Assembly (NCBI GenBank): GCA_002722245.1
Contig: PBLA01000001.1
Span: 22,292-86,291, forward strand
From: Flavobacteriales bacterium
GTDB lineage: Bacteria > Bacteroidota > Bacteroidia > Flavobacteriales_C > GCA-002722245
Length of the DNA: 64,000 nucleotides
Direction: 5' to 3'
Part shown: one piece after another, positions 9,425-18,758 of the stretch
Layout: each line of letters starts with the position of its first letter
Position numbering within the stretch: position 1 is the first letter of the stretch
Made by a program: the position numbers and the translations under genes
The notes under the pieces: model-generated
Database searches by the model: none
What the model saw: only the letters and a program-made list of their open reading frames with translations
Told to the model about the DNA's origin: nothing

Positions 9425-10822
9425 ATGGAATATGCAATCGTTGATATTGAAACAACTGGTGGATTTGGCGCTAAAAATAAGATTACTGAGATTGCAATTA
9501 TTATTCATAATGGGGTGAAAGAGCTTGAGCGTTATTCTACTTTAGTTGATCCACAAGCATTTATTCCAAAAAATATTACGGCGTTAACGGGCATTACAAA
9601 CGAAATGGTAGAAGGTGCACCTCCTTTTTATGAGGTAGCTAAAACGGTTTGGGAAATGACAGAGGGGAGAATTTTTGTAGCGCACAATGTGGGTTTTGAT
9701 TACAATATTATTCGGAATGAGTTTAGCGAATTGGGTGCAAAATTTCAACGTAAAAAACTTTGTACTGTGCGATTGGCAAAAAAAATCTTCCCTGGTAAAC
9801 CCTCTTATAGCCTTGGTAATTTGTGTGAAGGGTTGGGTATTCCATTAAAAAATAGGCACAGAGCGCTTGGAGATACAGAGGCAACAGCATTGCTTTTTAA
9901 AATGATGATTAGCATGAAAAGTGATGATGCTTTTCAAAAAGAATTAACTACGTTAAATAAGGAAGCAAAGCTACCTGCTAAGCTTGATGCGGACGTTTAT
10001 CATAGGCTACCTGAAGGGTGTGGCGTGTATTATTTTTACAACGAGAGTAAGGAAGTTATTTATGTTGGTAAAGCGAAGAATATAAAGAAGCGGGTTACGC
10101 AACATTTTACGGCTGTAGATTCTTCCACTCGAAAGAATAATATGATGCGTGACATTGCTGATGTTTCATATGAGCTTACGGGCTCTGAACTCGTTGCGCT
10201 TTTAAAAGAATCTGAGGAAATAAAAACAATTTCACCATTATTTAATCGAGCACAAAAACGCATTAGAATGAATGCGGGTATTATTCGTTATTTTGATCAA
10301 AATGGTTATTTAAGATTGGGGATTGATCGAAAATCAACGTTGAATGCGCCGTCTTTTTTAAAGTTCTCTTCTCAACAGGATGCGCGTAGCTTTTTACATC
10401 GTTTAGTGGACAAAGGGAATCTGTGTCAAAAGATGGTTGGGTTACAAACAGGTGAAGGGGGGTGTTTTGAAGTCCAATTGGGAATGTGTAATGGGGCTTG
10501 TATAAAAGAAGAATCTCCTGATGTATATAATGCAAGAGTGAGTAAGGCTTTGAAGAATGTTTCGCTTGCTGGCGATAGTTATTTAATTAAAGATGTTGGT
10601 CGTGATCGCGATGAGTTTTCAGCGATATGGATTCAGAATGGTGCTTATAAAGGATTTGGTTTTTTTAGTCATGATGTTCATGATCCTCAACTAATAAAAG
10701 AGGGTATTACTCAGGCAATGGATAATAGAGACGTTATTATGATTATTAAATCGTATTTATCACGGCATTCATTACCTATTATTCCTATTGAAAACACGAG
10801 GGAGAAAGGGGAGTTATTTTAG
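9425..10822 (+). CDS. DnaQ-like 3'-5' exonuclease fused to GIY-YIG nuclease domain (Cho-like)
   Basis: IVDIETTGG exo motif I, HNVGFDYN exo II, HRALGDTEA exo III; then GVYYFYNESKEVIYVGKAKNIKKRVTQH GIY-YIG motif. Confidence 0.8.
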   Translation: MEYAIVDIETTGGFGAKNKITEIAIIIHNGVKELERYSTLVDPQAFIPKNITALTGITNEMVEGAPPFYEVAKTVWEMTEGRIFVAHNVGFDYNIIRNEFSELGAKFQRKKLCTVRLAKKIFPGKPSYSLGNLCEGLGIPLKNRHRALGDTEATALLFKMMISMKSDDAFQKELTTLNKEAKLPAKLDADVYHRLPEGCGVYYFYNESKEVIYVGKAKNIKKRVTQHFTAVDSSTRKNNMMRDIADVSYELTGSELVALLKESEEIKTISPLFNRAQKRIRMNAGIIRYFDQNGYLRLGIDRKSTLNAPSFLKFSSQQDARSFLHRLVDKGNLCQKMVGLQTGEGGCFEVQLGMCNGACIKEESPDVYNARVSKALKNVSLAGDSYLIKDVGRDRDEFSAIWIQNGAYKGFGFFSHDVHDPQLIKEGITQAMDNRDVIMIIKSYLSRHSLPIIPIENTREKGELF

Positions 10823-11710
10823 TGTTATGTGGCTTATAATGTCCTCTATTTGCTGCGGAGTAAACCATGTTATTTCTTTATTTCGCTTAAAAAAAGTCAG
10901 TTGTCTTTTGGCAAATCTTCGTGTGTTTTGTTTTACTAGTTCAATGGCCTTTTGAGTGTTTTGGGGATTTTGGTAAAACTCTTGGTAACCCACAGTTTTT
11001 AAACAGGTTAAATCTTTGTTTGATTCAAGGGCACGAACTTCGTCCAGTAAGCCATTTTTAATCATTACATCAACTCTCTGGTTGATGTTTTTATATACTT
11101 CGGCTCGATCAAGGTTCAATCCAATCCATGTGATATTAAATGGCCGTATCTTTTTCTGAAGATTTCTAAAGGTGGAATAGGGCTGACCAGAGACTCTGTA
11201 GGTTTCAAGTGCGCGTATGACTCTATGTGGATTTTGTTGGTCTACCTGCTCAAAATAGATCGGATCAACTTTTTTAAGTTCAGTTTGTAAAACTTGAAGC
11301 CCTTCTGTTTTCCATATTTGAATCAATTGATCTCGAACGTCTGGGTTACAGGGAATGTCATCTAATCCATAACAAACTGCATTCACAAATAACCCGCTTC
11401 CACCTACGAGAATAGCTTTGTTTTGAGTTTGAAAGATGTTTTCAAGTTTTTGTATGGCTTCTTTTTCAAAATCACCTGCGGTATAGTTTTGTTGGATGGA
11501 TAAGTGATTTATAAAATGATGAGGGACACCTTCCATCTCTTGGGATGTAGGTTTGGCAGTGCCTATGGCCATTTCTTGGTAAAACTGTCTGGAGTCTGCG
11601 CTAAGTATTTCGCAATTAAAATGCTTGGCGATTTTGATACTAAGTGCAGTTTTCCCTATAGCCGTAGGGCCTACAATAACAATAAGTTGTTTCTCCGGAT
11701 TGGTGGACAA
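10814..11710 (-). CDS. miaA: tRNA dimethylallyltransferase
   Basis: P-loop IVIVGPTAIGKTALSIKIAKHFNCEILSADSRQFYQEMAIGTAKP. Confidence 0.9.
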   Translation of the reverse strand: MSTNPEKQLIVIVGPTAIGKTALSIKIAKHFNCEILSADSRQFYQEMAIGTAKPTSQEMEGVPHHFINHLSIQQNYTAGDFEKEAIQKLENIFQTQNKAILVGGSGLFVNAVCYGLDDIPCNPDVRDQLIQIWKTEGLQVLQTELKKVDPIYFEQVDQQNPHRVIRALETYRVSGQPYSTFRNLQKKIRPFNITWIGLNLDRAEVYKNINQRVDVMIKNGLLDEVRALESNKDLTCLKTVGYQEFYQNPQNTQKAIELVKQNTRRFAKRQLTFFKRNKEITWFTPQQIEDIISHITLK

Positions 11711-11713
11711 GAT

Positions 11714-12244
11714 TTAAATATCTAGGTCATCAATATTTTCAAAGGTTGGTTCATCGTCCTCATCTTCATTGAGAAGAGCATCAGATGGTTCTTCTAAATC
11801 ATCAAATGTGATATCGGACAACTGGTTGACCTCTGGGGAATAACTTCCAACTTCTGCTAAGAGAACAGGTACGTCTTCTTTGATTTCTGTATTTTCTCCT
11901 ATTCGTTCAATTTTAAATTTTTTGGGAAATAAGAAATCATAGGTGAATTTGTAATATTTAACATCTTGTTCAACAGATTGTGCAATTGTGAATTCCTGCA
12001 TAAGGATATTTACTGATTCATGCTCCATCGTACCCATATCCATTAGGGTTATTTCTAAACCTTCTTCCCAGTTTTCTGTACACGTGTAAAAGCTTGCCAT
12101 TTCACCTTCTTGAAGTCCGTAGGCATCCAAAATCGCAAAGTGAAAATCTTCTAAGGTTTTGTCTTCCTGAATTAAGATGTCTCTGTAGATTTCTTCTTCG
12201 TTGCCTTCAATATTGGGTGAAATTCTGTAAACAAATGCTTTCAT
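11714..12244 (-). CDS. Hypothetical acidic protein (C-terminal D/E-rich tail)
   Basis: 176 aa ORF tightly linked to miaA; no recognised motif. Confidence 0.5.
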   Translation of the reverse strand: MKAFVYRISPNIEGNEEEIYRDILIQEDKTLEDFHFAILDAYGLQEGEMASFYTCTENWEEGLEITLMDMGTMEHESVNILMQEFTIAQSVEQDVKYYKFTYDFLFPKKFKIERIGENTEIKEDVPVLLAEVGSYSPEVNQLSDITFDDLEEPSDALLNEDEDDEPTFENIDDLDI

Positions 12245-12284
12245 GGGTTGTCTTTAAACTATTAATGTAACAAATATGCAGATT

Positions 12285-13703
12285 TTAGTTGATTTTCTTC
12301 ACTAAAGTGAGTCCAATTTCTTGTCCTTTTTTTTCCATGAACGCAATAGCTGCTTTTCGTTCATTGGGTATGTGCCCCTCTAAGATGGCTTCTTTTATGG
12401 CTTCTTTAATTTCACCAATTTTAGGAGAGGGGTTTAAATCAAAGGCCTCAATAATTTCTTTTCCGTCAACAGGAGGTTGAAAATTTCTAATTTGATCTCG
12501 TTCTTCAACGTCTTTGAGTTTTTGTCGAACCAATTGGAAGTTGTTCAGGTATTTTGCAACCTTTTGTTTGTTTTTTGAAGTGATATCAGCTTCACAGAGG
12601 GTCATTAAGTCGTCTACGTCATTTCCTGCGTCAAAAAGGAGTCTTCTCACGGCTGAGTCCGTAACTACTTCTTGAGCAAGTACAATTGGCCGCAAATGAA
12701 GGTTTACCAGTTTTTGAACAAATTTCATTTTCTGGTCCAATGGTAGCTTTAATCGTTTAAATATTTTCGGCACCCACTTGGCTCCCAAAGGTTCATGGCC
12801 ATGGAAGGTCCACCCTGCTTTTTTATCAAATCTTTGGGTGGCCGGTTTAGCGATGTCGTGCAATAATGCAGCCCATCTTAACCATAAATTATTGGTGTTT
12901 ACACTGATATTATCGACTACCTGTAGGGTGTGGTAAAAATTATCTTTATGTTTTTGACCGTTCATTTCTTTTACTCCCTGAAGTTTTACCATTTCAGGAA
13001 AGAATTGATGAAGTAATTTCGTGTTGAACAGGAGCTTTAAGCCAACCGAGGGGACAGGGGCAAGCATAATTTTATTAAACTCATCCATAATCCGCTCTAC
13101 TGATACAATTTTAAGTCGCTCTGCATTTTGCTGAATGGCTTCAAACGACTTTTCTTCAATTGTAAAACCTAATTGTGTGGCAAATCGAATGGCTCGCATC
13201 ATTCTTAAAGGATCGTCGCTGTATGTGATAGAAGGATCTAATGGTGTGATTAGTCGTTTATCCTTCATATCTTTTAAGCCACCAAAAGGATCAATAAGTT
13301 TCCCGTAATTTGCCTTTTCTAAACTTAATGCCAAGGCATTAATAGTGAAGTCTCTTCGTTCTTGATCTTCTTCAAGAGAGCCGTCTTCAACAATAGGTTT
13401 TCGAGAATCGCGCGTGTATGATTCTTTACGGGCTCCTACAAATTCAATTTCCAATCCTTTGTAATTAAAGGCTGCTGTTCCAAAGGATTTGAAAACAGCA
13501 ACTTTTGGATTTCCTACTTTTTTAGCTGCAGCTAACGCTAATTCGATGCCTTTTCCTTCTACGACAATATCAATGTCCTTTGATGGTCTTTTCAGGTAAA
13601 GATCTCTCACGTATCCACCAATTACAAATGCTCTCACATTAAGTTCGGCGGCTGTTTCAGAAATAATTTCAAAAATTTTATGTTTCAGCAAATCTTTACT
13701 CAA
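12285..13703 (-). CDS. tRNA nucleotidyltransferase (CCA-adding) / poly(A) polymerase family with HD domain
   Basis: GGYVRDLYL...DIDIVV pol-beta-type motif, C-terminal HD region (LLHDIAKP). Confidence 0.85.
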   Translation of the reverse strand: MSKDLLKHKIFEIISETAAELNVRAFVIGGYVRDLYLKRPSKDIDIVVEGKGIELALAAAKKVGNPKVAVFKSFGTAAFNYKGLEIEFVGARKESYTRDSRKPIVEDGSLEEDQERRDFTINALALSLEKANYGKLIDPFGGLKDMKDKRLITPLDPSITYSDDPLRMMRAIRFATQLGFTIEEKSFEAIQQNAERLKIVSVERIMDEFNKIMLAPVPSVGLKLLFNTKLLHQFFPEMVKLQGVKEMNGQKHKDNFYHTLQVVDNISVNTNNLWLRWAALLHDIAKPATQRFDKKAGWTFHGHEPLGAKWVPKIFKRLKLPLDQKMKFVQKLVNLHLRPIVLAQEVVTDSAVRRLLFDAGNDVDDLMTLCEADITSKNKQKVAKYLNNFQLVRQKLKDVEERDQIRNFQPPVDGKEIIEAFDLNPSPKIGEIKEAIKEAILEGHIPNERKAAIAFMEKKGQEIGLTLVKKIN

Positions 13704-14261
13704 TTAAGGTCGGATTATTTCTACTTCATCACCATTTAGTTTTACAATCCTTGATGGTGTACTTGTAGGAGTGTAGTCGGTTTGCAAATTTAAGGCATAA
13801 TCTATAGCCTCCAAAATAGCAGGAGAAAGTTCTTCATAGGTTTGTGCTGCAGGGGATCCACTGATATTCGCTGAAGTGGATACGATGGGCGCTCCAAATT
13901 GCGTGATTAATGTCTTAATTTGAGGGTGCCCTGTTATTCTAAAAGCTAAACTATGATCATCTGCGAGAAGTGAAGGGGGTAAACCTTTAATGTTTGAGAA
14001 AATCACAGTTGTGGGGCGATCCGATAAAAGCCATTCTCTTTGCTTTTTATTGATCACGCCAACATAGTGTTCCAGCATTTCAATGGAGTCTACTAAAACG
14101 ATAAATGATTTGTTAGATGGTCTATTTTTTATGGTGTAAATACGTTCAATTTGCGCCTCACTTAAAGCAGAACAGCTTAAACCCCATACTGTTTCTGTAG
14201 GCGTTGCTATTACTCCAGGTTTTTTTAGATGGTATAGTGCTTCTTGGATTTTTTTTTCCAT
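13704..14261 (-). CDS. tsaC: L-threonylcarbamoyladenylate synthase (YrdC/TsaC)
   Basis: VIATPTETVWGLSC motif, 185 aa. Confidence 0.85.
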   Translation of the reverse strand: MEKKIQEALYHLKKPGVIATPTETVWGLSCSALSEAQIERIYTIKNRPSNKSFIVLVDSIEMLEHYVGVINKKQREWLLSDRPTTVIFSNIKGLPPSLLADDHSLAFRITGHPQIKTLITQFGAPIVSTSANISGSPAAQTYEELSPAILEAIDYALNLQTDYTPTSTPSRIVKLNGDEVEIIRP

Positions 14262-14347
14262 GACCCAAATTTACAATAGTTATATAGAATTTAAAGTTTG
14301 TTTTTTTTAGGTGTTAAAACAATTCCTATTTTTATTTTATTTCAATT

Positions 14348-14722
14348 ATGTTGAAGCGTTTATTTTTAATTAGCATCTTATCTGTTTTTCTTTTTGGATG
14401 CAAAAAAGATGAGAGGTTAGAGGAGTATCTTTTTAAGTCATGGACATTGCATTGGAAGCAGTGTGGTTTGTATTACAATAGATATAATGCTCAACTAACT
14501 TTTACTGAAACTGATACTACAAATTTTGGCATTTATTCGGAGCAGGGTTATAATGATGTTACGTTTGATTTTACTATACTAAGTGATCAGGAGGTTCTCT
14601 TATATAATGCTACTGATGATCAGTGGGATGGGGTGCTCAACATTCATTCTTTCGGAAATAATAGATTGGAGATTTCAAGACCCAAAAAAGGATGCGAAAA
14701 TGAATTGTTTCAATTTAATTAG
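14348..14722 (+). CDS. Small lipoprotein, hypothetical
   Basis: Signal peptide ending in lipobox LFGC. Confidence 0.5.
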   Translation: MLKRLFLISILSVFLFGCKKDERLEEYLFKSWTLHWKQCGLYYNRYNAQLTFTETDTTNFGIYSEQGYNDVTFDFTILSDQEVLLYNATDDQWDGVLNIHSFGNNRLEISRPKKGCENELFQFN

Positions 14723-14742
14723 TTTGGAATGGTTTTTGTTCC

Positions 14743-15345
14743 TTGAGTAACATGAGGTATTTAGTCATTTTTTTTCTGGTGTTCACTTTTTCGCTTTCTG
14801 CTCAAAGTGAGCAGGATCAAGCGGTGTTTAAACATAAGGTGTGGAGAGTGGTTGATGTTTCGAATACGAAACAGAGTTTTTTTGATGAACAAGATAAGTA
14901 TTTAGGGAGTAGAGAGGTGTTTGCCACTCAAACCATATACAAGGACAAATGGAAACGGACAATCAAGGTAATCCAAACAGCCACAGTAAATCAACCTCCT
15001 GTAGAAAAGATCAAAAGAAATAGCAGGAAGGAGGATGTTAATGTTCGCAGAGCAAACCAGGTTATTGTTCGAAGAAATAAAGCGTGGTTTTATGATGAAA
15101 ATGGAAAGGTAACGCGAACTGCGAAAAGAAGAGGGCGAAAAGTGTTTTTTCATCAATCGGACGGGAAGCTAATTGGATATAAAGTATATAGAAGAGATGG
15201 TTCTAAAATTTACAAGGATGCTCGTGGAAGGACAACAGGGAGCAGTCATATTGATAAATCAGGAAGGTTGATTTACAGAGCAAAAAACAGGAGGTTGAGA
15301 ACACCAAGAGTTTTATTTGAGGATCCGTTCTTATACTCTCGATAA
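14743..15345 (+). CDS. Secreted, highly basic protein with degenerate ~20-aa tandem repeats (DGK-I/L-x-Y-K/R)
   Basis: Signal peptide; repeated GKV/DGKLIGYKVYRRDGSKIYK/SGRLIYRAK units. Confidence 0.5.
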   Translation: MSNMRYLVIFFLVFTFSLSAQSEQDQAVFKHKVWRVVDVSNTKQSFFDEQDKYLGSREVFATQTIYKDKWKRTIKVIQTATVNQPPVEKIKRNSRKEDVNVRRANQVIVRRNKAWFYDENGKVTRTAKRRGRKVFFHQSDGKLIGYKVYRRDGSKIYKDARGRTTGSSHIDKSGRLIYRAKNRRLRTPRVLFEDPFLYSR

Positions 15346-15376
15346 GAGTACTGTTGATGTAGGTATTCTAGTGTAT

Positions 15377-16960
15377 TTAAAATTCACTGGTGAAGTGAAA
15401 CTCAATATCGGTATACTTCTCCTGTGCTAAATCAAGTGCATATCTCGAATCTGCTAAGAAAACATCTCTTCCGTCCTTATCTTTCGCAAGGTTATGAAGT
15501 TTTCGCAATTTAAAGTCTTTTAATTGTTCTTCGTTTTCACTAGTAAACCAACATGCTTTAAATAAGTTGATTGGTTCGTAACGACATTTAGCATTGTATT
15601 CGTGCTCTAAACGGTATTGAATAACTTCATACTGAAGTTGACCAACTGTCCCAATGATTTTACGGTTGTTGTCTACTTTCGTAAATAACTGAGCAACACC
15701 TTCATCCATTAATTGGTCAACACCTTTATTGAGTTGTTTTGTTTTTAATGGATCAGCGTTTTCAATGTATTTGAACTGTTCTGGAGAGAAAGACGGAATT
15801 CCGCTGAACATAAACTTTTCTCCTTCGGTTAAAGTATCTCCAATTTTGAAGTTTCCTGAATCGTATAAACCAACGATGTCACCTGCGTAAGAATCTTCAA
15901 CTACTTCTTTCTTTGAAGCCATGAAAGCTGTTGGGTTTGAGAATTTTAACTTTTTGTTGTTTCTTACATGAAGGTAATTTGTGTTTCTTGAGAATTTACC
16001 TGAAACTATCTTTACGAAAGCAATTCTATCACGGTGTTTAGGATCCATGTTTGCATGAATTTTAAACACAAAACCAGAGAACTTTTCGTCGTATGGAGAG
16101 ATCTCTCTGATGTCCGATTCTTTTGGTTGTGGCTTAGGAGCGATCCTAACGAAACAGTCCAATAATTCCTGAACCCCAAAGTTATTTAAAGCAGAGCCAA
16201 AGAACACAGGAGAAACCTTTCCTTCAAGGTATTTCTCATTGGTGTATTCAGGATAAACCGTTTCAATGAGCTCTAACTCTTCTCTTAATGTTCCAGCAGC
16301 ATCAGATCCAACGATATCATCTAATTCACTTGATTCAATATCATTAACAGAAACAACATCACTCACATGCTGTTTATTTTCAGAAGAAAATAGGTTTAAT
16401 CCCTTTTCATAGATATTATAAACGCCTTGAAAGTCATCTCCTTGACCTATCGGCCAAGATAAAGGATGAACATTAATTCCTAATTTCTGCTCAACTTCAT
16501 CTAGTAAATCAAACGCATCTTTTCCATAACGATCCAATTTATTAATGAAAACAATGATAGGGGTATCGCGCATTTTACATACCTCAACCAGTTTTTCAGT
16601 TTGCGCTTCAACACCTTTTGCTACATCAATAACTACTATAACCGAATCAGCAGCTGTAAGGGTCCGATAGGTGTCTTCTGCAAAATCTTTGTGACCAGGG
16701 GTGTCCAAGATATTTATTTTTAAACCTTGGTAACCAAATCCCATTACGGAAGTAGCAACAGATATTCCTCTTTGCTTTTCAATCTCCATAAAATCGGAAG
16801 TAGCTGATTTTTTAATTTTATTAGATTTTACAGCACCTGCAGTTTGAATGGCACCTCCAAAAAGAAGAAGTTTTTCCGTTAAGGTTGTTTTACCAGCATC
16901 TGGGTGAGAAACAATAGCAAACGTTCTCCTTAAATCGATTTCTTCTTGCAGTTTAGACAT
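15377..16960 (-). CDS. prfC: Peptide chain release factor 3
   Basis: GTPase G1 [21 protein letters not shown], 527 aa. Confidence 0.9.
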   Translation of the reverse strand: MSKLQEEIDLRRTFAIVSHPDAGKTTLTEKLLLFGGAIQTAGAVKSNKIKKSATSDFMEIEKQRGISVATSVMGFGYQGLKINILDTPGHKDFAEDTYRTLTAADSVIVVIDVAKGVEAQTEKLVEVCKMRDTPIIVFINKLDRYGKDAFDLLDEVEQKLGINVHPLSWPIGQGDDFQGVYNIYEKGLNLFSSENKQHVSDVVSVNDIESSELDDIVGSDAAGTLREELELIETVYPEYTNEKYLEGKVSPVFFGSALNNFGVQELLDCFVRIAPKPQPKESDIREISPYDEKFSGFVFKIHANMDPKHRDRIAFVKIVSGKFSRNTNYLHVRNNKKLKFSNPTAFMASKKEVVEDSYAGDIVGLYDSGNFKIGDTLTEGEKFMFSGIPSFSPEQFKYIENADPLKTKQLNKGVDQLMDEGVAQLFTKVDNNRKIIGTVGQLQYEVIQYRLEHEYNAKCRYEPINLFKACWFTSENEEQLKDFKLRKLHNLAKDKDGRDVFLADSRYALDLAQEKYTDIEFHFTSEF

Positions 16961-17077
16961 GTCAACTAATTTTGAGGTGCAAAGTTAACCATTTGTTGTG
17001 AGGGGAGCGAAGAAATGGGTGGTACTCTTTTTGAAAATAAAGGGTTTCTACCCGTAAATTATATATAGTTTTGTGCT

Positions 17078-17707
17078 ATGAAAAAGGCAGATAAGGTTGC
17101 TGAAATTATTTCGATTTTACAAAAGGAGTTTCCAGATACTCCTGTTCCCTTAGATCATAAGGATGAATATACGTTATTGATTGCTGTTTTATTGTCTGCG
17201 CAATGTACTGATGAGCGCGTGAATAAAATTACACCCTTGTTATTTGAAAAAGCAGATAATCCTATGGATATGCTGCAATTAACTGTGGATGAAATTCGCG
17301 AAATTATAAAGCCTTGTGGTTTATCTCCACGAAAGTCTAAAGCTATTTACGACTTGTCTCAAATCCTAATGGATGAACATGGAGGACAAGTTCCGGCTTC
17401 TTTTGAATCATTAGAGGCTTTACCTGGGGTTGGGCATAAAACAGCTTCAGTAGTTATGGCTCAAGCATTTAATGTTCCTGCGTTTCCAGTGGATACCCAT
17501 ATTCATCGATTGATGTATCGTTGGGGATTGAGTAATGGGAAAAATGTGGAACAAACAGAAAAGGATGCCAAGCGTTTGTTTCCAAAGGAAATTTGGAATG
17601 ATCTTCATTTACAAATTATATTCTTCGGAAGAAAATATTGTCCAGCAAGAGGACATAAGGTTGAGGCGTGTCCTATATGCTCGAAGCATGGTAGAAAAGG
17701 TATTTAA
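17078..17707 (+). CDS. nth: Endonuclease III
   Basis: HhH-GPD fold, LLSAQCTD, C-terminal 4Fe-4S Cys cluster (CPARGHKVEACPICSKHG). Confidence 0.9.
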   Translation: MKKADKVAEIISILQKEFPDTPVPLDHKDEYTLLIAVLLSAQCTDERVNKITPLLFEKADNPMDMLQLTVDEIREIIKPCGLSPRKSKAIYDLSQILMDEHGGQVPASFESLEALPGVGHKTASVVMAQAFNVPAFPVDTHIHRLMYRWGLSNGKNVEQTEKDAKRLFPKEIWNDLHLQIIFFGRKYCPARGHKVEACPICSKHGRKGI

Positions 17708-17719
17708 TTTTTACCACAA

Positions 17720-18727
17720 TTATTCGTGTCCTCTTTTTAGGGAAAATAATGATTTTACTGTAACAATGTTAAGAGGGAATTCAAGTAGAACGTGTAAAAA
17801 GCTAAGGAAAAATAATACGGTGAATCCTAGCTTATAATCAAGGAAATAGAGTAGAATAGAAATTAGCCAGAAACCAATAATGATATAGGCTTTTTTTCCT
17901 TTAAGTGTTTTTTGCCAACCAATAATGGAGGTTTTTGAGAACCAGTTTAGATAATGGTATGTGTAGGCAAATGAAATGAATATTTGAACTTTTATGGCTA
18001 TTGAAAATATGTTCCTTTTTTCGGGGCTAAACCATTCGGTTAGGATTGAACTTACCCCAATCATATTGGTGGCGGTAAAATTGCTTTGCACTTCTTTTGA
18101 AACGATTAGTGGTTGTGATGGAATATTAAGCGTGGAAATTATAAATGGAACTAACGCAATAAGAATAGAGAGGTAATAGCCCGGTTTACTTTTTGACTTT
18201 CGAGCTCCAAATAAAACGAAAAGCAAGGTAAATATATACACATGAACTACCGTGGGAATTAAAAACCCTAATAGATTGAAAAAATTAGGCTTTAGTTGAT
18301 CAAAAAGAAAAATAAGACCAATAATGGGTAGTAAAGAAAAAACTCTGAATATTGTTTTTTTAACCGAAACAAGAATTACAGAAAAAAGAAGAGCCCCTGT
18401 AATTAATCGGGATCCAATAATATTCGCGAGGTGTATTTCTTGGGAGATTTGAGTGTTTAATAAGTCATCAATGTACCTTGATATAGGAAAAATGGAAATT
18501 ACTAGGCAGCATGTGATAAAAAAGTATATCCAGTGCTTGGACCGTTTAAAAAAGTAATCTTTTTTGTTTAGCCAGTTAATTTCCGTGAGGTAGTGAAGCG
18601 GACCTAAAATTGCATAGGAGAACAGAAAAAGTTCAAATGGGACTTTTATAGCAATAGCCAATGATACAAAAACCAGGAGGATGTTTATTCGGTCAATGTT
18701 TTTTGGATCATTTAAACTTAATGCCAT
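17720..18727 (-). CDS. Polytopic integral membrane protein, function unknown
   Basis: 335 aa, ~8-9 predicted TM helices. Confidence 0.55.
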   Translation of the reverse strand: MALSLNDPKNIDRINILLVFVSLAIAIKVPFELFLFSYAILGPLHYLTEINWLNKKDYFFKRSKHWIYFFITCCLVISIFPISRYIDDLLNTQISQEIHLANIIGSRLITGALLFSVILVSVKKTIFRVFSLLPIIGLIFLFDQLKPNFFNLLGFLIPTVVHVYIFTLLFVLFGARKSKSKPGYYLSILIALVPFIISTLNIPSQPLIVSKEVQSNFTATNMIGVSSILTEWFSPEKRNIFSIAIKVQIFISFAYTYHYLNWFSKTSIIGWQKTLKGKKAYIIIGFWLISILLYFLDYKLGFTVLFFLSFLHVLLEFPLNIVTVKSLFSLKRGHE

Positions 18728-18758
18728 AATGTAAATCCGTTATTTGATTTTAGTCCTG

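Noticed and set aside
17535-17837. 100-aa ORF overlapping the end of nth
   Set aside because: Alternative-frame read-through of the nth 3' end. No motif, and the basic low-complexity composition is typical of chance ORFs.
17720-18727. Polytopic 335-aa membrane protein considered as the missing Brp/Blh beta-carotene 15,15'-dioxygenase for the rhodopsin
   Set aside because: Size and TM count fit, and GPLHYLTE loosely resembles the GLPHGALD element of Blh. However I could not find the paired His (HxxxH) and HFG-type motifs that I recall for Blh, and the gene is 30 kb from the rhodopsin. It stays 'unknown membrane protein' unless an HMM (PF15461) says otherwise.
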